Shown here piece after piece: positions 1 through 10,858 of a stretch of DNA of 64,000 nt. Numbering within the stretch: position 1 is the first letter of the stretch; each line of letters starts with the position of its first letter. The notes below the pieces were generated by a model, which saw only the letters and a list, made by a program, of their open reading frames with translations, was not told the DNA's origin and made no database searches. This DNA is from Callorhinchus milii (taxonomy: Eukaryota), in NCBI RefSeq assembly GCF_018977255.1, contig NW_024704742.1:113834001-113898000 (forward strand), read 5' to 3'. The position numbers and the translations under genes were made by a program.

Positions 1-432
1 GAGACCAGTGAGGAGTCAGCGTTTGAGTCATCCAGGCAGGAGGTGACAAACGCATGTACGAGGGTTTTGGCTGCATTTGGGTTAAGATACAGTTGAAGGC
101 GGGTAATGTAGCGGACGTGTAGGAAGGCAGTCCTGGTCAGGGACTGGATATGGGGAAGGAAGGACAGCTGGGGGTCGAACTGGACGCCTAGATTACGCAC
201 TGGTTTGATGAATCTGAGGGAGAGCCCAGGGATGTTGAGGAATTCAGATCCACAGGAATGAAGACGTAGACGGGAGCCAAGGAGTATGGCTTCCATCTTG
301 ACCACGTTCAGCTGCAGGACGTTTGTACTCATCCAGGCCCTGATGTCTACCAGACAAGCTGATAGAACTTCAGCGGAACTGGAGACAATACTGGAGGAGG
401 CAAAGTGGATTTGTGTGTCGTCCACAAACATA
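1..432 (-). mobile_element. Older L2-like RT fragment cut by the window start
   Basis: Minus strand reads MFVDDTQIHF..., followed by residues resembling the L2 RT C-terminal region. Confidence 0.75.
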
Positions 433-899
433 CTGTAAAGACTATTCTGGGGATGAAGGGCTCAGGAGGTTAGTTTGGAGAAATTGGGTCTATTTTCAAT
501 GGAGCAGATCTGATACAAGAGTACAAAATTGTGAGGGGTTTTGACTGTCATTGACAGAGGAGTCAATTCTCTTAAGTTATGCACTCTGGCACACTACCCA
601 GCATGAGGGGCACTATATAAATCCAAATTGTTGTTATGAGGGACATAGTTACAGGAGCCATAAACAGTGAAAGGAGAGCTTTGAAGAAATATTTTACGTA
701 GAGTTGTTGGAATGTGGAATGCCCTGCTGAGGAGGGGCTGGAGACAGAGTCTATTGTGGCCCTCGAGGGGGGAGGCATATTTCAAGAGGCGGGAAAGAGA
801 GAGATTCGGGGATTACATTTTGCTCACAAAATACACAGTCACTCACCTTCAATATATGATTTTGAAGTGCTTTGAAATGTCTCAACAACCACGATGTGA

Positions 900-1214
900 A
901 ATAATAATAATAATCTTTGCATTTGATATAGCGCTTTTCACGTCGGGAGGACGTCCCAAAGCGCTTCACAGAACACACTGTAAAGTGAATTGACTGTATA
1001 TTTGTGGGCGAATGCGGCAGCCAATTGCGCACAGCAATGTCCCACAAACAGTCATAGATTGAAAATGACCAATTTATTATTGTTTTTGGAGGGATTATTA
1101 TTAGGCGTATGGAGTAAGGAAACTTGCCCAAGGTCTCGCCCTGACCTGCCTGGAATTGAACTCAGGTCTCTCGCTTGCAAAGCGAGTGCTCTAACCACTG
1201 AGCTACAGGACTCC
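900..1214 (-). mobile_element. tRNA-derived SINE (GGAGTCCTGTAGCTCAGTGG head), L2-type tail
   Basis: A-box TAGCTCAGTGG, B-box GAGTTCAATTCC, TTGCAAG anticodon-like loop, (ATT)n tail. Confidence 0.9.
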
Positions 1215-4200
1215 ACGCAAGGAAATGCAAGGATTATTATTATTTATTATTATAAAACAGGACAATAAGATTAAATCGATCTTTTTCTGAGAACTGGTAT
1301 GGACTCAATGGGTCGAATGGTCTCCTTCTGCACTGCAGATTTCTATCATTCTATGAAGTGAATGACCAATCCGGGGAATGAATGTTGGCCAAGACATTCA
1401 TCACTTTTCGAATCGTGTCATGGGATCTTTAACATTCACCTCAAAATACAGACGGTCCCTTAAATTAACATCATATGAAGGATATTACATTCATTCCTCA
1501 GCACTCTATTGGGATTATCAGCCTGGGCTGTGGGATCAAATTCCTCACATGGGGCTAGAGCCCATAACGTCTGAGTAATTAAGTAAATCTAAGTACAACT
1601 AAATAGAATATGATAGAATATATCAATCTGTAAATTAGTTTTTGTGATCACTGGATTTTCTCATAGTGCCCCCAGTTTGCCAAATGTGATGGCATTTGAG
1701 GCAACTGAATCACATGCAGTAGAAAATGACCCATTGTTTGGAAGTGAAACAAACGGCTCAACCTTTTATAGAATTGTTTTTCAGAAATAAACGGATTATG
1801 GAGGAAATACAAAGATGTTCATAGTGGCTACATTTTGTTTCTAATATACTATGTAGGTTGGGTTTCAGGTGGACATTGAAGATTCCTGTGGTAGTTTTCT
1901 AAAAGAGAAGGGAGTTTCTCCTGGTGTCCAAGCCAGAAATCCCTCAGATTCACTTCATGGCTGTTCGATGGATATTGCTGTATGCAATTTTTTAGCTGCC
2001 ACATTTGCCCACAAATATACAGTGAATAAACTTTACAATAAATCATGTGAAGCATCTTGTGAAATCCTTCCAATATGAAAGGCACTATATCAAATGCAAT
2101 GATTATTAGGATTATTTACCGCATCTACCTTGAAACATGATGATGGTGCATTTTTTTNATTAAAGTATATCTGCAGCCAGTCCACAACAGCTAAGTCTTC
2201 TTCCCAGGAATGATTAGACTCCCTATAACCAGTATGTATTTTGTGCATTTATTTCTCAATGTCAAAATCAAACAATTATTTTATGCTTCACATTATTTTT
2301 ACTAAAATAACTTCTTGTGAATGTAATGAGTTCAAATTAGCAGAGCAAGGAGCTTGTTTCTTTTTTGTTCACCTATTTGATCCACTAAAGATGAGTAGTG
2401 CTGCAGTCACAGTGTTCTGTTGCATCACAACAAATTGTTGTTAAGTAACAACAACAATAAAATAGAACCCACTGCATTTATACAGCGTTTTCTTCACGTT
2501 GGGAAGACGTCCCAAGGCGCTGGACAGTCGAGGGTTTGCACCGAGCTGGGGGTTGGATTCGGGGGAGTTTGGAAAATGACTGAAGGTGCAGTCAATGAGG
2601 ACTGTCTCAAGGCGGATTTTGAAGGAAGCAAAGGAAGGGGCAAGTTCCAGGGAGTTTGGGCAGAAAAGCTGAAGGTCTGACCGACAATGGTGGGACGGGC
2701 AGTGGAGGGGACGTGTAGCAGAAAAGGCTTAAATAGTTCCACTTGTAACTTGACTTACTTGTAACTCCACTCCAGGAATGTGAAAAAAATATTCAAAACC
2801 TAGTTTCAGTGGGGAAAAAAATAGAATACTTAACCATAGAACACTTCCATGGTTCAAAATATAGTATTACTGTAAGCAATTGTTTGAATTTTTCCCACTA
2901 ATTATTTAATCCTTTTCTACTCCTATTTAATATATAAGGAATATTGTTACCTGATCCCTTCCAAATTTTTCATTGTATTTATTCTTACCCTTGTTTTTAC
3001 AATTCATGCTACCTTGTTAACCACAAAAATTATTGTTGACCGATTCCCATATGGAAGGGTGTTGGTTACTGTATTTTTTGTGGTACTTGTGTCTAGCCAG
3101 AATGAGATGGGTCTTTTCTGTTGATATGTAATGATATCCTCACAAAGAATATAACTATGATTGATCTTGCAAGTTTGGTAGAATTTAATCTGCAGTCTAT
3201 TAAAAGGAAATAATGCTAGTCTGTGTAGTTTTACATTTGTGTAACAGAGTTAGAGGTCTCACACCTGTTTATCTTCACTGTCATCATATTGAAGATTTAT
3301 TATCCATAAAGAAAACGATTTCTCCAGTAAATGTTGTTCAATATTCACTGAAATGTGCTGACTCTTCAGTCCGTTACAGCTGCTTTATTTTTGCAAAATG
3401 CTAAGTACTGTTTGGTACAGCTATGGATCATTGCCCAGTTCTAGAATTGAAAAATGTATTATTCAGCAGAAATCCTGTTTTTGAGGTAATTTGAGATGAA
3501 AGCTATCCATGCTTATTAGATGTGGCAGGTGCCGGCAAATGTAGCACTGACCATCTGACATGGCTTTCAATACTTAAAAAAATACTTTCACTGGTAGCTT
3601 GTAGATCTATCTATAATGACAGAGATATTAGTTTGATAGTCTAATAATTAAAAAATAAAATAGGGTATGTTATTTATTTAATAAATATGGATGCAATGTG
3701 TGCCTCTGCCATATGACTAAAATGCTGAGAGGTGCAGAAGATGTGTTGCTATTTGAGTCCAATAATTAGAAATAATTTATTTTAGAGGAGAAAGAGAAAA
3801 AAAAGGAATGAAAAGAGGCCTATCAAGTACAACTGTCCCACAGAGTGTGCACAGTTTCCTTTGTTACAAACTATACTCCAGCTATTTGATCTCTTGCTCT
3901 TGCAAATTCTAAAATATTTATTGTCACATTTTCACCTGCCCTCCAGATAACATGCCTCTAAGCTTAAACAGTACAGGGACCACAGTATTGTATTGAGTAT
4001 TTGATCTTCACCATCTAAAGTTATCCCTACAATATAAAAATTCAGTCCTGTTCAATTCACTGACACTGCATCAGCTGTATTTGCTGGGAGTCTGTTCCAC
4101 ATATACAATATCCTGTGGGGAGGGAGGGTGTGGGGAATTCTAATTTGAGGATTGTTAATTTTTAACCTACATCTTGTTCTGTGCATGTAGTTCAACTCAA

Positions 4201-4801
4201 ATAACTTGTCTGTATTTACGTCATCTAGGTTATTTAACATTTTAAAAACCTGGGTCATATCCCCTGTCAATCACTTTGCAGATGGAAAACTGGTTCAACA
4301 CTTCAGATTAGTTGATTGATAAGCTTTGCCTGGAGGATTGAATATCTTTGATCGTCCTACGTTGTGGTAGGAACCCTAGGTATATATCGTATGAAATGCA
4401 AGAGTTCGGGTTAGAAATGACAGCATAAGTGATGCATCACACTTTATAAGTGCGTTGAGACGTAGTCTCTCTCTTCTAGGGAACCCCAATTTGGAACTTG
4501 GAACTCATATAGTGTAAGCACTTCGTGCAGCGTTAGGGGGATTCGGTCACAAAATACAGGGTCACTCTACTTCGCCCTTAGTACTTTTCCTGTGAAGTCC
4601 ACCCAACATGAAAGGTGCTATACCAATGTAAGGATTGATTTATATTTTTACAATTTCATTGCCCTTTCCATGAAAATTACGTTTTCAACCAGGCTGGATC
4701 ATAATTTATTATGTCACATACATGTGTGTTTTTTTTAAATAATCTGATCAGTTGTAGTACAATTCAGTGTAAATTTGACATCTAATCTGAGATTTGTCAA
4801 G

Positions 4802-5200
4802 TGTGTCAGCTTGGCTTAGTGTTACCATTCTTACCTCTGAGTCATAAAGTTGGGGTTCAAGACCCATATTGGGACTTGGAATCACAGAGTCTAAACTGAT
4901 ATTCTAATGCAATGTTTTGGATGAGATGTTAAACCAAGGTCCCGACATTTACCTGTTCAGGTGGACGGTAAAGATCCCATGGCACTATTCAAAAAGAGAA
5001 GGGAGTTTCTCCCAGTGTCCTGACCAACAATCTCTCAAATAAAATTAATCATTCACTCTTTGACTGTTTGTGGGACATTCTATGTGCAAAACTGGCTACT
5101 GTATTTCGCCCACAAAATACACAGTCAATCCACTTGCCAGGATATCCTGTTAAGTACTTTGCGATGTGATAATGCGCTGTATCAAATGAAAGGATTATTA
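4802..5200 (+). mobile_element. Older tRNA-derived SINE with Deu-like central domain
   Basis: Head GTCAGCTTGGCTTAGTG...CTCTGAGTCA...GGTTCAAG; core GGATGAGATGTTAAACC...CAGGTGGA...AAAGATCCCATGGCACTATT resembles the Deu domain. Related copies near 1340-1575(-), 14531-14822(+), 33050-33415(-), 40860-41012(-), 48089-48690(+), 51397-51778(+), 57285-57660(-), 59530-59835(-). Confidence 0.75.
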
Positions 5201-5324
5201 TTTGGCGGATCTCACCAGCCTCAGTTTTTCATAGCTTGCTATTTGGAGGCACATAACTCACTGGAAGTGATAAGTAATCAGTAATAAGTCTTAAATTCAG
5301 TCAATAACCAGAAGACATGGCCTT

Positions 5325-5500
5325 TGATTGAAGAGGTGGGGGGGGAAATTCAGAAGGAATGTAGGGAAACACTATTTCAGTGAGCGAATAGTGAACCTGT
5401 GGAACAGGTTCCCTAGGGAGACGGTTGAAGCAGGAAGTATTGATTCCTTCAAACCCAAACTAGATAGTTTTCTTTTAGAAAATAACATTATGGGATATAG
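5325..5500 (+). mobile_element. CR1-like LINE 3' fragment
   Basis: FRRNVGKHYFSERIVNLWNRFPRETVEAGSIDSFKPKLD. Similar relics at 4030-4280(-) and 40135-40590(+). Confidence 0.8.
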
Positions 5501-6193
5501 CACAGAGGTAGTTCAGAACATATGTGCATGCGACCGCCAGGAAGGTGGAAGGCAAACCAGGTGGACCTTGGTCTATTTTTTGTCTATCATTATATTCTTT
5601 TGTTAATTGTTTTTCTGAACATATCCCATCAGTTTTGTGGTCAAAAGTTGCCAAAATGTATTCTGGATGCAAAAGTAGATGCATTTACAAAAATGCTGTG
5701 GTTAGCTGTAAACATGCTTCTTTCATTTATATTAGCTACTAAATATTCACACATCTAAAGTAGACACTGCCCTGCTCATGTCCTCCATTCAATCTGGCCC
5801 ACCATTGGTGTTTGAGTATTCAGCCATTCTATCCCCACTCTGTGTAACTTGTTGGCACATTGGAGAGAATTCAGAGCAGAGCATCAAATACTACCAGCTG
5901 TTACTGAAATAACCGTATTGGAGGTTGGTGGATACATGTGAATATCATGTGAATTTTCTCCTGGCCTGTTGTTTTAGTTCCTCTACTATTACTTTGGCAA
6001 GCCAATATAATGATATTTCATAACATGGTGCTCTTAAGTTATCAGGACTTGCACCTAACTATATTTGTACTTTTCATTGAAATGCCATAATTTATAGCTT
6101 TAAAATAGTGAGTGACATGGATATGGTATAATAGTTACTTAATCCAATTTGTATTTGCAAACTATGAGGATAAAATTAACAATGCTAAAGTAA

Positions 6194-6525
6194 CAAGAAC
6201 AGAAGTCGCTGGGAGCACTCAGCAGGTCAGGCAGCATCTGTGGAAAAAGGAAAGTGAGTCAACGTTTCGGATCCACGACCCTTCATCAGAACTGGGGCAT
6301 GTTGGGAGGGAGAGGCTTTTAATGGGTAACAGAGAGGGGGGAGGCAGGGCAAAGAAGTCAAAGGGGAAAATGGGGTAGAGAACAGGGGATGATGGTTTAA
6401 AGATGTGTTAATGATGCAAAACAAATGGGGGGATTGTAACAAAACAAGAATAGAGGTGTTAATAATGCAAAACAAATTTGGGGGGGAATTGCAACAAAAT
6501 AGGCAGACCAGAGAAAAATAGGCAG
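6194..6525 (-). mobile_element. Penelope-like terminal fragment with 15-bp target-site duplication
   Basis: Homologous to 42970-43160; ACAATGCTAAAGTAA at 6179-6193 and 6526-6540. Confidence 0.75.
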
Positions 6526-8704
6526 ACAATGCTAAAGTAAGATTGTTATAATTTCTTTCCTTTCACCCAACCCACAGAATAAATGGATGTTTGGACTCTT
6601 AGTAAAACAAAGCTCTGAATCAACTCCCTTTTCAAAAAAAACTGCAAAACCACAAGAAAATTATTTTATAGCATCCTTCAACATTATCACTAGCACACTT
6701 GCAGCATAGATCTACTGTGGCTTAAAAATGGCCCAATTCCAGTTTGCAAAGGAAGTGATGTCAGTTGCACTTTTGGTATACACACAACAAAGGACATCAA
6801 TGTTGAATTGAAATAAGCCTTTTTTCCACACTTTGCTTATAACTTGGTCGCTGAGACATTGGATCAAGCCAATCATGTTATATCAGGGTTTCCCTAAATC
6901 TGGTTCAGAAGGAAATTGAAAGTTAGTAAAGATGACTGGGTGTTATGTGAGATTCAGTGGTTTCTGTGTTGCTGCAACAGTAGATTGTTTGAAGTGCATC
7001 TAATCAGGATTGAATATCTGGTCTTGGATTAAAGTCCGTGGGCTTTGCATGATTGTCTTTCCCATTTGAGTGAATGTATCCTTGAGATTTACTGTAGTAA
7101 ATTGCCTTTACAGAATTCAGTCGCTTGAATCAATTCTGCAGCTGGTAAATGACTATACAGAAGCTGAGTACAAGGCTACTGACCTCTTTCCATCATTTTC
7201 ATACAGTACAATAGAAGATTGTTGCACATATTGAAATTACATTGTATGAACCCATTCCATTTTAAACCAACTGGTTTTATTTACAAAGATTACTTGTGTA
7301 AATATAGGCAGTCTAAATGATGGTATTCTGAATCCTTATATTTTCAGTCTATTGTTTGACAGTAAAACGTGAAATACTTTGACCATAACATGACCATATT
7401 TAAACAAATTATTTTTGTATTTCATGTTTTAACTTTCAAAGTAAACTATTTTGAATGTCATATTATTAAGCTTTACATCTTGTTAACTAATAAATAGGTC
7501 ATGATATTCAAACTCTGGTCTCCTAGACTGAGTACAGTAAAATTAGTAAGTTCCCATTGAAGGTGGAGAGGCAACTGACCATATGGGTTTGTACCCAGAA
7601 TCTGAGGCTGTTGCTCATAGAACAGCATTTCCCGGTGAGAATAGTGGTCTGCAAACACAATATGAAGAAAGAAATGGGTTACTCATTTGGCTACTGACTT
7701 GCTCTGAAGCACTTTTAGTTTTAGTCCCTTGCTTATTGCATTGTGTAAATTATACGTGCATTCATAATAGTCCATGCAGAATGTGAAATGTATGAGTTTC
7801 TCATGTTCCAATATTTATTGTCAGCAGAACAATTGTTATTGAAGCAGCAGTTTTCAAATATAGAATTCTTTAACTCAAAAGACACGGCATCACTGACCCA
7901 GACGATGTTGCTTAATGAACCTTCTTTGAACATCTGTTGGTCTCGATTAGTACAGGGTGACCAAAACGTTTTATTTTTCAGCTACCCTATTTTAAAAAAA
8001 TCATATTTTCTTTAAGACTTATTAGACATTGTAATGGTATTACGACTTTTTGGTCACCCTGGATTATCACAATGTGCAATTTAATTTTTTTTCAAGAGGT
8101 TGATTGAGAAAATGAATGAAGTTCTTTTAGTCTAAGGAATTTCAAAGCCAGAATACGGTCATTTTCATTTCTGAACGGATAGATACTGAAAATTTGTAAA
8201 TCATTGTGAGGAAACTGATTGAAAGCTGTCACGCTGCAGCATACCCGTGTGATTGGCTTTTTGTATTGGCCTTCAGTACCAATGCTTCCCATCAGGGTTG
8301 CACTGCAGAGCTAACTATTCAATTGTATTTTCTGTTCATTGAATTCTATGCACTATTCACTGTGGCCTGAAAGTGCACAGCACATATACTAGCTATATAT
8401 GGAAAGGTTTATGTCACACATTATTTGTTTGTAAAGGTTTTTAAAGTGCATATAAGTATGATACTGATCATGGTAGATAAATCAGCAATGGTGTCAGTAG
8501 CATTTGATTTTAAGTAATATCAATTCCAAAACAGAAAGCTCAAATTTACCGTTATTTCTATCTGTGTAGTGGGAACTCTTTGCTAGTTGCTTGTTTCCTA
8601 TTTTCAAAGGAGTGCCTATTTTCTAAATTATAAAAATGTGCGATAATTTGCAATTGGCAGAGCATAAATTGAGGATAATGGAATTTATTTTTCTGTCCCT
8701 CTAG

Positions 8705-8814
8705 TCTGCAATTTTCAACTTTCAAAGCCTGCTGAGCGTAATACTACTCCTGATTTGTACCTGTGCTTACCTCAGGGCTCTGGCTCCAAGAATTCTGGAC
8801 AAAAATAAAACTGG
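8705..8814 (+). CDS. TMEM167A: TMEM167A (protein kish-A) coding exon 2
   Basis: ttctgtccctctAG|TCT...ACT GG|GTatgt; 110 nt; translates [37 protein letters not shown], matching the kish-A N-terminus ([11 protein letters not shown]...) as I recall it. Confidence 0.96.
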
Positions 8815-10138
8815 GTATGTACAGTATATTTTTCTGATTAGTTAATAGGTTCTAGAACTGGACATTATGTTTGTTGTATGTAACGTAGTATTATTTACAA
8901 AGCAAAATAGCCATAGTGAGCAATCTACTAGAGAAAAGCAGCATTAAACATTGTATCATATTAAATATGATCAATAGCATCTTTTATCTTTAGAGGTTTC
9001 CTCATGACTATGCCTCTTTTTAGGCATACCAGTTTGTCCCAATTTCAATGCTTTGATCTCAGAAATTGCATGGCTCATTGTAATGGGGAATGGAAAGAAA
9101 GGAAGAAGCTGCTGTTAAGTATTGAGGAATAAATCTAAAAATCGTTCTTCATTGCTATGACAACACCCTTTGGTTTTTAGCAATAGACCCACCCTAAGCA
9201 AGGCATTCAGCTTCTTGTATTGAATAACCAGCTTCTTGTCCAAAACTGTGGCTGATCTCAAGATCATCAGGTTGCTGCTGGCGTCACTTTCTGCACATGA
9301 GCAGTATCCTCTGGATGCTCTGCTAACTTTACTGCACATGCGCAGGAAACCCCACTAGTGTCACTTCCTGCATAAGCGCTCTGTACCCACCATGCACAGG
9401 TTATGTCACTTTGTGAAGGCTAGATCAGTGGCAATATTTGCACATGGCACACAGGAAAGGAATTCCCCAGCAGCTCTTTCTTTTGCACATAGTTTATAAT
9501 GTAGCACCTGAGAGAATGGACCCAGGGGATCACATTATAACAAGGTTGCACTGTACTTCAACCAGTTTTAAGGCAAATTTTCTGAATCTTAAAATCTTGC
9601 ATTAAAGGCATTAAATCGCACAAGAAATTTTAACATTTTCAAATTTAAAATTTTAAAAATGGTTTTCTTTTTATGAATTTCATTTTGAAATAAAGTGCAT
9701 ATGGTTTTCAGCAATAAACAAAATTTTTGATTAGTTGCTGTTCTTTTTGCTTTAATTTGTTTGTTTGCTCTTGTGCATCATCAATTCACGATAACAAATC
9801 ATGTTGTGTTTTATATATGCCAGCAGTAGAAATGAACGTGTTGGTTTATTGTTACAGATTTACAGATTTTGCCCACAAAATATACAGTCAATTCACTTCA
9901 CAGTACATTCTGTGAAGCGCTTTGAGACGTCTTGAAGATGTGATGAGGCGCTATAACAAATGCAAGAATTATTTTTGCTGAACTTAATTTGAGAAGATAA
10001 TGATTTTTAATTCTTCGGACGTATTTTGAAAAAAAGACATTTTGTTAGTAACTTTTTTTAAACATTTAAATGCATTTGAAAAGGATGTAAGGTATAACTT
10101 TGTGAAATCAAATCTTTCATGCAATATTTACCTATGGC

Positions 10139-10858
10139 CTGGGCCAATAGAAAAGTGCGGCCGCACCGTTTCTGCTACAATGACCCTCGCCTGCTACAAA
10201 CCCGCCATAAATGTAGTTTTTGGCCCACGGGTCGCTTGCGCTGTTTACCTGATGTCACTGTGGACGGAGCGGCTCGTACGCACTTGCCCAGTGCGGCGCA
10301 AGAAACAAATGGGCTACACTCGGCGGCCCCGCTGTTGTGATTGTCTGTATGTGTGTCAGTGTGTGAGTGTGTCTATGTCTCTTCTATATATGTGTGTGTG
10401 TGTGTGTTTATGTGTGTCTCTGTGAATGTGTGTCTCTCTGGGTCTGTGAGTGTGTGTGGTGTCTCTGTGACTGTGAGTGTGCGTCTCTCTCTCTGGGTCC
10501 CTGTGTCTGTGTGCCGTGTCTATCCTGAGTGGCAGGATGTGGTGAGCTCCTGTAGCCTCGCTGGTGTATGTGTGTGTCCCCCGCCCCCACTCACCACCAC
10601 CACAAAAAATGGCCACCCAGTTTTTGTTAAGGAGGCAATTAAACATTTTTTTGCAACAATCTGATATGTGTTATTACCTTGTGTTTAGTTTTTATCAATA
10701 AAGTGAAAAAATGTCGCAGTAAAATGTACCTCAAGCAGCACCAATCAACCCCCGCAATTTCCCCGCAAACGTTAGCAAAGTCTCCGCAATTCCCCGCGAG
10801 ATTTGTAAATCGCTCCATAATTTTTTGCAAATATGTCCCCACTTTTCTATTGGCCCAG
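10139..10858. mobile_element. Non-autonomous DNA transposon (MITE-like), 720 bp
   Basis: Perfect 19-bp terminal inverted repeats CTGGGCCAATAGAAAAGTG; subterminal CCGCAA-type repeats; internal (TG)-rich tract; no transposase ORF. Confidence 0.8.

Noticed and set aside
5935..6060. Weak resemblance to my recollection of scaRNA U109 (SCARNA18)
   Set aside because: No second hairpin, no suitably placed ACA box or U1-complementary pocket, and my recollection of the reference is uncertain. No convincing ortholog found in the window.
1..8704. TMEM167A first exon and promoter
   Set aside because: No CpG island with a convincing ATG|GT donor found; probably upstream of the window.
10042..10664. Cys/Val- and His/Thr-rich ORFs
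   Set aside because: Translations of the TG microsatellite inside the TIR element.
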